From contig JBCCXZ010000008.1 of the NCBI GenBank assembly GCA_039190745.1, positions 1-64,000 of the forward strand: 64,000 nt of DNA. Direction: 5' to 3'. A model generated the notes under the pieces. The model was not told the origin of the DNA. It was given only the letters and a program-made list of their open reading frames with translations, and did not search any database. Position numbers and translations under genes: made by a program. How positions within the stretch are numbered: position 1 is the first letter of the stretch; every line of letters starts with the position of its first letter. The DNA comes from Planctomycetota bacterium (lineage in GTDB: Bacteria; Planctomycetota; Planctomycetia; Pirellulales; Lacipirellulaceae). Shown here in pieces: positions 1 to 8,483 of the stretch.

Positions 1-3000
1 ACCGACTTCCACCCGTTGCCCGTCATCGACAGCGCATCGCCGTCAACGACCATATCGACGCCCTTGTCCTGCGAACTGCCGCCGTGGCTCTCGATCGTCG
101 TGCTCTCAAAATCGAGCGAGCCGCCGCCGCCAGAGGAGTGCACGCCGGCCGAGAGCGTCACGCGCCCGCCTTCGTTGACGGCAACATCATCGCCCGCGTC
201 GACCGCCCACTCCACAACGTCGGTGACTTCGACCACAAGAGCTTCTTCGAACTCGTGCCCCGCCGAGTCGGTAACCTTCACCGACAGCGTGTGGCTGTCG
301 ACGTCCTCGTAGTTCAGGTCCGCGCCCGCCGCCACGGTCACGACGCCGGTCGAGGGATCAATCTCAAACCGTCCGTCCGCATCGTCGGTCAGCTCGTAAG
401 TGAACGCCTCCCCCGCGTCGGGGTCGCCGGCGGCCGCTGTGGCGACGACCGTTCCCGCGGCGGAGTTTTCCGCGACAGCGGCCGTGGTCTCAGACGCCGC
501 CGGGGTCACGACGATGCCGTCGATCCCCACGCCGTCGTTCTGGCCCGAGGGGCTGTTCCAAGTGAACGTAATCGTGTCGAAGGTCTCTCCTTCGGGGGCG
601 GTGATCGTTACCACGTCCGTGCCGCCTGAGTTGCCGGTCGGCAGCGGAATCTCCACGCCGCCTGCGGAAACGGTCACGTCCCCCCACTCCACGTCGCTAA
701 CCTGGAAGCTGATCTCGGTCAGCGGCTGGCTGAAGCCGAGCGAGGTTTCCCCGCCCGCGATCTTCCAGAATCGGTCGCCCTCGCCCGCGACGGCGCCGTA
801 GCCGTCGGCGTGCTCGATGATCGCGTTCTGCTGCCCGCCGACCTGAGTGACCGACGCGGTGACACCGTCCCCAAAGTCCAGCGACGTGAGAGGAGAGCCG
901 ACCGCGTCGCTCTCGAACCCGTAACTCATAGGCTCGGGTTCGCCAATCAGCGACCCGTCCGTCGTGATGAACTGCAGAGACTCGATCTCTTCATTAACGT
1001 CGGAAACGGCCACGTCGAACGACTCGACCCGCTCGTTCCCGACAATGTCGGTCACCTTCACCGACAGCGTGTGGCTGCCGGCGCCCTCGTGATTCAGGTC
1101 CGCCCCGTCCGCAACGGTCACCACGCCCGTGGCCGGGTCGATTTCGAACTGCCCATCGGCGTCGTCGGTAAGCTCAAAAGTAAAGGTCTCGCCCGAGTCC
1201 GGGTCGGTGGCAGACGCGGTCCCCACGACGGTCCCCGCCGGCGCGTTCTCCGCGACGGTCGTCCCGTCGAAGTCCAGGTCTGTCGGTGCGTCGTTGTCGT
1301 GATTGACGGTCAGCGTCGAGCCGTCATAGATGATCTCCGCGTCGCCCGGGATGGCCTCGTTGTGAACGGTCGCTCCGTCGGTGATTGTGATCGCCCCTGT
1401 GGCCACGCCGGCGGTGATGCTCGAACCGTTTTCGATGCCCACGGCGGCCGAGACCGAATCCAGATCGCCGGTGACCTTGATCGTGCCGCCTTTGACAATG
1501 CGGTCTCCGACGTCCACCGTGCCCACAGAGCCCGCCACGTCGAGGCTCGCCGCCGCCGTCATATTGTCGTTCACGGTGAGCGACGTGAGGCTCCCGGTGA
1601 CGGTCAAGTCGCCCGCGAAGTCGTCCCCGACGTCAATCGGGCCGACATCGCCCCGGATCTCAACGGTTCCTCCCAGGTCCGAGCCGCTGCCCTGCACAGT
1701 CATCGAACCGACGTCGCCGTCGATGAGCACCGTACCGGTCAAGTGCCCCGTGGTGAGGCTGCTCAGCGACGAGCCGACCGTGAGATCGCCGGCCATGCCC
1801 ACCGAGTTGAAGGACGTGGCCCCGCCCACGTTGATCGTGGACGCGGCGTTGATGCTGCCGCCGATGCTGATGTCGCCCGCGTCGCCCACAACCTGGAGCG
1901 TGCCGCCGGTCACCGTGGCGCCGATCGAGACCCCGCCCGCGTTGCCGCCGACCGAGACGGCGCCATGCATATTGTCTGTGAAAGTCATCGGCCCCGCGTC
2001 ACCGCCGACGTTCAGCGATGCCGTTCCGTTAAAGTTGTCGCCGACCGAGATCGACGCGAGGTTGCCGCCGACCGTGAGTGCGCCGGTCACGTCGTCGGGC
2101 ACCGACACGTCGCCGAGCGCACCGGTGACATTGACCGCCCCCGAGATGTCCGACCCGCTGCCGTTGAGCGTCAACGAAGCGACGTCCCCTGTAACGTCGA
2201 TCGTCCCGCTGATCGTGCCCGTGGAGACGGCGCCGACCGACGACCCAATCGTCACGGCGCCAGCAACGCTGCCCGAGCTGAACGAGGTTGCCCCGCCTAA
2301 GCTAATCACCGAACTGCCGTCGATTGTGCTGCCGATGCTCAGGTCGCCCGCCGCCCCGGTCACGTTCAGCGTGGCGCCGGACAGCGTCTCTCCGACCGAG
2401 ACGCCGCCCGCGTCGCCGCCGACGCTCACGTCGCCGCTGAGCTTGCCGTCGATCGCGATCGACCCGGCGTCGCCCCCGACCGTCAGCGACGCGGAGCCGT
2501 TGAGGTTGTCCCCCAAGGCGAACGAACCCAGGTTCCCGCCGACCGCGAGCGAACCGCTCATGTCGTCGGGCACGGTCACGTCCCCGAGGTTCCCGGAGAC
2601 GGCGACCAAGCCGCTGATGTCCGCTCCCGAGCCGGTGAGCGTCAGCGAAGCGATATCTCCAGTCACACTGAATGAGCCGCTAATCGTGCCCGTAGTGACG
2701 GCGCCAACCGAGGAACCGATGCTCACATCTCCGGCAACGGTTCCTGAGTTGAAGGCGGTCGCGCCTCCCAACTCAACGGTGGAGGAACTCCCGATCGGCC
2801 CCCCGATTTTCACATCCCCTGCGGCGCCAGTGATCGCAAGGCTGCCGTTCATGTTGCCGTCGATTGATATCTGCCCGGCGCCGCCGTCAACCTCCAACGA
2901 CCCGCTGGCGTTGAAGTTGCTGCCGAGAGAGAACGAGCCCAAGTCTCCGCCGACCGAGAGTGCGCCGATCATATCGTCGGGCACCGTCACGTCCCCGAGA

Positions 3001-5369
3001 TTCCCGGAGACGACCACCGAGCCGCTGATGTCGGCGCCCGAACCAGAGAGCGTCAGCGAGGCGATGTCTCCGGTCACACTGAATGTGCCACTGATCGTCC
3101 CCGTTGTGACGGCGCCGACCGAAGACCCGATCGTCACGTTGCCGATCACATTGCCCGAGCTCAAGGAGCTGGCGCCGCCGAGGTCCACAGAGGAATTCGC
3201 AGCGATCAGCCCTCCGATGTTCACGTCGCCGGCGCTTCCAGTAATCACCAGGTCGGCGTCGTTCCAGATAGCGTCGCCGATGTTCACCGCCTTAGCGTCG
3301 CCGTTCACAGTAAACGTCGAGTCGGAGGTGAGGTCGTCCACCACATTCAACAGACCGAGGTCGCCGTTGATCGTGACGTCGGTCTGGAACTCCTGCGCGT
3401 TGATCGTGCCGACGTTGGCGTTGATCACCGCCGGCCCGGCATTCACGTTCTTGCCAGCGTCGAAGGTAATCGTGCCAATCGTCCCGGAGCCCCCGCCGAC
3501 ATCCACGGTGCCCAGGTCCGCCTTCTCATCGACGGTCATCGTGTCGATGTCCACGTCGCTCGTGATGCCGCCAGTGTCGCCGCGCACATCGAGCGTGCCG
3601 ACGGTCACGTCGGTCGCCCCGAGCGAATCGATTGTGATCGGGTGGCCGCCACCGGAGGCCGTCACGTCGAGCGTGTTGGCGTCCGCGTCGTAGTCGAGTT
3701 CCAGCGTCCCGCCGCCGGGGTCGACCGACACCGCGACGTCGCCGTCCACCAGGATCGTCTCGCCGCTGATCGAGAGGTCGTTCAGATCGCCGTCGACCAC
3801 CAACGCGTCCGCGTCGGCAAACCGGATCGTCTCGACATTGGCGTAGTCCACCGTAAACGAGCCCGAACCCGTTTCGACGGTCAACCGCCCGTTTGAGAAG
3901 GTCACGTCCTCCGAATCGAAGGAACTCAAATCGATCGTGTCGTTGCCGGCCCCCCCGTCGAGGCTGAACGCGTCCCCCGCAACCGCCGCGGTGAGGTCGA
4001 AGACATCGTCGCCGCCGGTCCCTTCGAGCGCGGGGTCTTGGTAGAGCGACGCCCCGTCGATCTGATCGCCGAAGATCGCGACGTCTTGGATCTTGCCGGA
4101 GAAGAACTCCTTTAGTTTGTCCGCGCTGCCGTCGCTGCTGGACCAGGCGTTGGCGCCGATCACGATCGGCTCGGTGTTGCCGCTCCCGCCGGAACTGGCC
4201 CCCAGCCCCCCCGTGTAGCTGTCGGTGTCGGCGAGCTCGCCGTCGACGTAAAGGTTCAGGCCATCGCTCCCGAACGAGAGCGACACGTCGTGCCACGCAC
4301 CCGCCTGGACGCCAACGTCCGACCTCAGCGTGTAGCTCGCCGAGGTGCTCTGAACACGCACTTCGACCTCGCCGTTCTTCACCCACATCGTGACGTGGCC
4401 GCCGTCGTCGAAGTAGTCAGAATCCTTGGAGAACAGCCCCTGGGTCCCCGAGACCGTGTCGGCATTGAACCGCAGGTGGATCGTCCCCTCGTCCTGCAGC
4501 ATGTCGTCGGTGTGCTCCAGGACATAGTGGTCTGTGCCGTCGAATGTCGCCGAGCCTTCGCCGTCCCCGACGGGGTCTCCGCCGATCGTCCCGGCAGAAT
4601 CCCCGGCCATGTCCACGGCCTCGCCGTCCGTGAAGTGCCAACGATGGGTCGGGTCGTGATCGTCGATCACGTCCGGCTCCGGAGTCGAGGCCGTGCCGTC
4701 CGCGAACGTGACCTCGTCGACACCGGTGTAGTCGATCGTGAACGACTCGCCGCCGGTCTCGACGACGATCCGGTCGGAACCGACAATCACGTCGTCGGAG
4801 TTGTATCCACTGAGATCGATCGTGTTCTCGCCGTCGCCGCCGGCAACGGTGTAGGCAGCGCCGTCTTCGGCCTGGGTGAACGCGAAGGTGTCGTCGTGGC
4901 CCGAACCCACGACGCCCTCGATCGAATCGAGCGTGTCGGTCCCCAACGAGCCGAGGTCCTGCGCCTGCCCGTCGAGCGTGATGTCGACCGAGACGCCCGC
5001 GGTCGCGTCGGAGAGGTCGAGCGTGTCCTGGCCGGCGCCGCCGTCCAGCGTGTCGTCGCCCGTGCCGCCGCTGAGCAGGTCGTTGCCCTCCCCGCCGAAG
5101 AGCGAGTCGTTCCCGCCGCCGCCGAACAACTGGTCGTCGCCGCCGAGACCGTAGAGCGTGTCATCCGCCCCGTCGCCGGTCCCCACGTCGTTGCCCTCGG
5201 TCGCGTCGGCCTGGGCGTCGCCGGTGTCCGCGTCGACCCAAGTCGCCGAGAGAAGGATCCGCGGCTCGAGCACGTCGGACTTCAGCGTCGCACGCTGCTT
5301 CCTCCGCTTCTTGCCGCCGCCGGCTTCGTTGGGTTCGGCGCCCGGGTTGTCGTTGCTCTGATCGGCCAT
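1..5369 (-). CDS. Giant secreted adhesin (>1789 aa, C-terminus outside window): LEPRxLL leader, RTX-type Ca-binding repeats, LamG-like domain, Gly/Ser/Val-rich repeats, cadherin-like domains
   Basis: Absent from the ORF track because it has no stop in the window. Manual minus-strand translation from ATG 5369 (RBS-like GGAGAGGGG upstream) gives MADQSNDNPG...KKRRKQRATLKSDVLEPRILLSATW, then GGDDQLFGGGGNDSLFGGEGNDLLSGGTGDDTLDGGAGQD nonapeptides. A LamG-like stretch (WHDVSLSFGSDGLNLYVDGEL) and cadherin-like units (NDAPTDL...VAENAPAGTVVGTASATDPD...FEIDPATGVVTV...LNHE) follow. The frame stays open to the window edge. Confidence 0.9.
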   Translation of the reverse strand, partial: MADQSNDNPGAEPNEAGGGKKRRKQRATLKSDVLEPRILLSATWVDADTGDAQADATEGNDVGTGDGADDTLYGLGGDDQLFGGGGNDSLFGGEGNDLLSGGTGDDTLDGGAGQDTLDLSDATAGVSVDITLDGQAQDLGSLGTDTLDSIEGVVGSGHDDTFAFTQAEDGAAYTVAGGDGENTIDLSGYNSDDVIVGSDRIVVETGGESFTIDYTGVDEVTFADGTASTPEPDVIDDHDPTHRWHFTDGEAVDMAGDSAGTIGGDPVGDGEGSATFDGTDHYVLEHTDDMLQDEGTIHLRFNADTVSGTQGLFSKDSDYFDDGGHVTMWVKNGEVEVRVQSTSASYTLRSDVGVQAGAWHDVSLSFGSDGLNLYVDGELADTDSYTGGLGASSGGSGNTEPIVIGANAWSSSDGSADKLKEFFSGKIQDVAIFGDQIDGASLYQDPALEGTGGDDVFDLTAAVAGDAFSLDGGAGNDTIDLSSFDSEDVTFSNGRLTVETGSGSFTVDYANVETIRFADADALVVDGDLNDLSISGETILVDGDVAVSVDPGGGTLELDYDADANTLDVTASGGGHPITIDSLGATDVTVGTLDVRGDTGGITSDVDIDTMTVDEKADLGTVDVGGGSGTIGTITFDAGKNVNAGPAVINANVGTINAQEFQTDVTINGDLGLLNVVDDLTSDSTFTVNGDAKAVNIGDAIWNDADLVITGSAGDVNIGGLIAANSSVDLGGASSLSSGNVIGNVTIGSSVGAVTTGTISGTFSVTGDIASLTLSGSGADISGSVVVSGNLGDVTVPDDMIGALSVGGDLGSFSLGSNFNASGSLEVDGGAGQISIDGNMNGSLAITGAAGDVKIGGPIGSSSTVELGGATAFNSGTVAGDVSIGSSVGAVTTGTISGSFSVTGDIASLTLTGSGADISGLVAVSGNLGDVTVPDDMSGSLAVGGNLGSFALGDNLNGSASLTVGGDAGSIAIDGKLSGDVSVGGDAGGVSVGETLSGATLNVTGAAGDLSIGSTIDGSSVISLGGATSFSSGSVAGAVTIGSSVGAVSTGTISGTIDVTGDVASLTLNGSGSDISGAVNVTGALGDVSVPDDVTGALTVGGNLASISVGDNFNGTASLNVGGDAGPMTFTDNMHGAVSVGGNAGGVSIGATVTGGTLQVVGDAGDISIGGSINAASTINVGGATSFNSVGMAGDLTVGSSLSSLTTGHLTGTVLIDGDVGSMTVQGSGSDLGGTVEIRGDVGPIDVGDDFAGDLTVTGSLTSLTVNDNMTAAASLDVAGSVGTVDVGDRIVKGGTIKVTGDLDSVSAAVGIENGSSITAGVATGAITITDGATVHNEAIPGDAEIIYDGSTLTVNHDNDAPTDLDFDGTTVAENAPAGTVVGTASATDPDSGETFTFELTDDADGQFEIDPATGVVTVADGADLNHEGAGSHTLSVKVTDIVGNERVESFDVAVSDVNEEIESLQFITTDGSLIGEPEPMSYGFESDAVGSPLTSLDFGDGVTASVTQVGGQQNAIIEHADGYGAVAGEGDRFWKIAGGETSLGFSQPLTEISFQVSDVEWGDVTVSAGGVEIPLPTGNSGGTDVVTITAPEGETFDTITFTWNSPSGQNDGVGIDGIVVTPAASETTAAVAENSAAGTVVATAAAGDPDAGEAFTYELTDDADGRFEIDPSTGVVTVAAGADLNYEDVDSHTLSVKVTDSAGHEFEEALVVEVTDVVEWAVDAGDDVAVNEGGRVTLSAGVHSSGGGGSLDFESTTIESHGGSSQDKGVDMVVDGDALSMTGNGWKS

Positions 5370-5532
5370 GTCGTGCCCCTCTCCCTGAGCGCCACGCCCG
5401 TCGAGGCGGCCGTTCCGCCGCGCCGGGTGACGCAGTGTGCCCCCGGCTCGCCGGGGGCGGTTGGTGTCTCGATGAGTTGTGTCAGAAAAGCGCCGGGCTA
5501 CCCCCCCGGCCAGGGTCGTTGTCTGCCCGCGA

Positions 5533-6360
5533 CTAGTCCCTGCTGCCAGGTTCGCAGAGCTTCACTGCGAAACCCGCCGGCAAAGCCAGGTCGTGGTTGT
5601 CGATATCAAACACGCAGCGGAACGTCTCGGTCGCCGCGTCGATCGTAGTCTCGTGAGCGGTGAGAGTGGCCTCGACTCGCGGCGGCGCCGGGGCCTCGGC
5701 GGCCAGCGTGTAGGAGTCGCCCACCCGCAGCCGGCCGTAGTAGCGCACCGGCACGTAGAGCGTCACCCGCAGGCGGCGTGCGTCCACCAACCGCAGGATC
5801 GGGTCGTTCGGGCTGGCGGCCGAGCCGGGCTTGGCGGTGATCCGCGTCACGGTCCCGGCGAACGGCGCCCGCAGCAGGTGCCCCGCCAGGCGGACCTCTT
5901 CCAAGGCCACCTGCGCCAGGGCTTCTCGTTGTTGTTCGTGGGCCTGCGACAAACCGGCCCGCGCCTCGTGCAGCCGGCCTTCCGCCTCGTCCAACTCCAG
6001 ACCCGAGGCGGCGTCCTTCTCGAAGGCGTCACGCACCCGGCTGAGGTATTTTTCCGCCAGCGAAACCGTGCTCTGGGCTCGCTCCAAGAGCGCGGTCCGA
6101 TCGGCCACCGCCCGCGCCGCTTCGAGCGACGCCCGCGCCAACCGGTCGTCGAGCCGTGCTAGCACTTGCCCCTCTTTGACCTGCTCGACTTCCTGGACGA
6201 ACACCTCGTCGATCACGCCCGCGGCGGGCACGGCGAGGTCGACCGTTTGCTCGGCATCGACGACGCCGGGCAGCATGTCGACCGCCTCCGCCGGCGTCAT
6301 TCCAACGCACTCACGGGGCGTAATACTCAGCAGCAGCAGCAAAAACAGACTTCGGAACAC
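5533..6360 (-). CDS. HlyD/RND periplasmic adaptor (membrane fusion protein)
   Basis: Biotinyl-lipoyl halves (GVIDEVFVQEVEQVKEGQVLARLDD; LRAPFAGTV), helical hairpin, IDAATETF and LPAGF motifs. Start placed at GTG 6360 ahead of the hydrophobic FRSLFLLLLLS; start uncertain. Confidence 0.85.
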   Translation of the reverse strand: MFRSLFLLLLLSITPRECVGMTPAEAVDMLPGVVDAEQTVDLAVPAAGVIDEVFVQEVEQVKEGQVLARLDDRLARASLEAARAVADRTALLERAQSTVSLAEKYLSRVRDAFEKDAASGLELDEAEGRLHEARAGLSQAHEQQREALAQVALEEVRLAGHLLRAPFAGTVTRITAKPGSAASPNDPILRLVDARRLRVTLYVPVRYYGRLRVGDSYTLAAEAPAPPRVEATLTAHETTIDAATETFRCVFDIDNHDLALPAGFAVKLCEPGSRD

Positions 6361-6521
6361 GGCACGTTCTCGCGTATCCAGGGGCGAATCAAGGCAATCC
6401 GGGCGCAGAGACCCTTTCTGGAAACGTACGTCACGCAGTCCGGCGGTCCCGGACAAACACGGCGCCCGCTCCGCTTGCCGGAAAGCTGCACCCGACCTGA
6501 ACGGTTGGGCCGCCTGGGCCG

Positions 6522-8483
6522 GTGATAGCGGTGGCGCCCCTTCGAGCGGTCCTTCCGCAGATGCGCTCTCTGCGGAGCCGAAACTCTCTCTCGGGGCCCT
6601 ACAATCACGCCAAACGGGCGGTGTGCGCGCGGGGTCTGGTGACCAGAACGACACCTCACCAACGCCAGGCAACTTTGGAACCCGCGCAACGCAGAAGCGG
6701 CGTCGGAGAAGAGCCAAGGGTCGCACGACCCCGGATCGTGGGTTGGGCTGCGCACTGCACGTTCGGCGCTCTGCTGTTGTTCGGGGGCTGCAAAGTGGGC
6801 CCCGACTTCCGCCGCCCCAAGCCCCCCCCGATCGCGCCGGACTTCACCGAAGCCACCGCAGACGAAGCCGCCGCCTACGACGAACTCACCTACTGGTGGG
6901 CCGCGCTCGAAGACCCCGTGCTGAACGGCCTGATCGCCGAAGCCTGCCAGCAGAACCTCGACCTCCGAGAGGCCGCCCACCGCATCGCGGCGTCGCGGGC
7001 CCGGCTCGGGGTGGTCCGCGCCGACCGCCTCCCCCAGGCCGACGCCACCGCCGACTACAACTGGCGCGACTTCGCCGAGAACGCCACCCAGTTCATCAGC
7101 AGCACCGCCGGCAACCGGGGCTTCAGCTTCCACAGCCTCGGCTTCGATACCAGCTGGGAGATCGACCTCTTCGGCCGCATCGGCCGCTCGATCGAATCGG
7201 CCGCCGCCGACCTCGACGCCGACGTCGAGTCCTACCGCGACGTGAAGGTCACGCTGCTCTCTGAGGTCGCGACCACCTACGTCCGCCTGCGGCTGGCCCA
7301 GGAACGCCGGGCCATCGCCGAGCGCAACCTCGCCTCACAAGAAGAGACGCTCCGCATCGTCCGCGAGCGCAGAGAATCCGGGCTCGTTAGCCCGCTCGAC
7401 GTCGCCCAAGCCGAGTCGAACGTCTACCGCACCGCCGCGACGATCCCCGAGCTGCGGCAGCTGGAAACGATCGCGGTCAACCAGCTCGCGTTGCTCCTGG
7501 GGCGCTCGCCCGACCCGATGTTCCACCAGCGGCTGATCGACGGCCCGCTGCCGGTGCTGCCCGCTTCGCTGGCGGTCGGCGTTCCGGCCGACCTGCTCAC
7601 CCGCCGGCCCGACGTCCGCCGCGCCGAGCGGCAGGTCGCCAGCGCCTCGGCGCTCATCGGCGCCGCCGTGGCAGAGAAGTACCCGCAGATCTCGATCCTC
7701 GGCACTGTCGCCGTCGAGGCCAAAGACATCGACCTGCTCTTCACCAACGGCTCGCTCGCCCACCGCGTCGGACCTTCGCTCCGCTGGAACATCCTCAACT
7801 TCAATCAGCTCAACAACGCCATCGCCGGCCGCGGAGCCGAGTTCCGCATCGCCGTGGTAAACTACCAACGCACCGTGCTCACGGCCGTGCAGGAAGTGGA
7901 GGACGGCCTCGTCACGTTCCACCGCCAAGGCGAACGGGCCGCGGAACTCATGCGGGCGGTCGACGCCACGGGAAGCGCCGTCGAGCGCAGCGAGATCCGC
8001 TACGAACGCGGCCTGATCGGTTTCCAGCCGGTGCTCGACTCCCAGCGTGAGCTGCTCGCCGCCGAGGACGCCCTCGCCTCGAGCCGCGCCGAGACGCTGC
8101 TCGGCGTCATCCGTGTCTACAAAGCCCTCGGCGGCGGCTGGGACTCGAAGTGCGCCTGCGAGATCGCGTCGGCGGAAACAGCGCCCAGCGAAGAGATCCA
8201 ACCGGGTGAAGAGGGACCCGAGATGCCGGGCGAATCACTGCCCGACCCCGCTTCACTGCTCCCCGACACCGATGACGCCGGGCTAGCCAGCGCGGGACTC
8301 AACGGCCCGGGCAGTGCCCAAAAGGCGACGTTTGAATCGCCCCTCGTCCTGCCCCCGCCGGGCTTCGGGAACCAGGGAATTGCCCGCAGCACGCCGACGG
8401 CCCATCAGCCCGCGGCAGAACCCGCAGCGGCCCCGCCGCACATCGAGATGGCAACCCACCCTACAGGGCCGCGGTATCGCTAG
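6522..8483 (+). CDS. TolC/NodT-family outer membrane efflux lipoprotein
   Basis: Lipobox LLFGGC (Cys codon 6789-6791), then KVGPDF, WWAALEDPVLNGLI, SWEIDLFG, LLTRRPDVRRAE, VYKALGGGW. The true start is probably downstream of 6522. The stop overlaps the convergent gene at 8480-8483. Confidence 0.92.
   Translation: MIAVAPLRAVLPQMRSLRSRNSLSGPYNHAKRAVCARGLVTRTTPHQRQATLEPAQRRSGVGEEPRVARPRIVGWAAHCTFGALLLFGGCKVGPDFRRPKPPPIAPDFTEATADEAAAYDELTYWWAALEDPVLNGLIAEACQQNLDLREAAHRIAASRARLGVVRADRLPQADATADYNWRDFAENATQFISSTAGNRGFSFHSLGFDTSWEIDLFGRIGRSIESAAADLDADVESYRDVKVTLLSEVATTYVRLRLAQERRAIAERNLASQEETLRIVRERRESGLVSPLDVAQAESNVYRTAATIPELRQLETIAVNQLALLLGRSPDPMFHQRLIDGPLPVLPASLAVGVPADLLTRRPDVRRAERQVASASALIGAAVAEKYPQISILGTVAVEAKDIDLLFTNGSLAHRVGPSLRWNILNFNQLNNAIAGRGAEFRIAVVNYQRTVLTAVQEVEDGLVTFHRQGERAAELMRAVDATGSAVERSEIRYERGLIGFQPVLDSQRELLAAEDALASSRAETLLGVIRVYKALGGGWDSKCACEIASAETAPSEEIQPGEEGPEMPGESLPDPASLLPDTDDAGLASAGLNGPGSAQKATFESPLVLPPPGFGNQGIARSTPTAHQPAAEPAAAPPHIEMATHPTGPRYR

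Noticed and set aside
810..3693. Long + strand ORFs 810-2300 and 1381-3693
   Set aside because: Antisense shadows of the minus-strand adhesin; Pro/Ser/Thr- or Arg-rich translations typical of GC-rich reverse frames.
6677..6704. ECF-like promoter GGAAC...CGTC upstream of tolC
   Set aside because: The spacer is 19 nt, longer than the usual 16-17.
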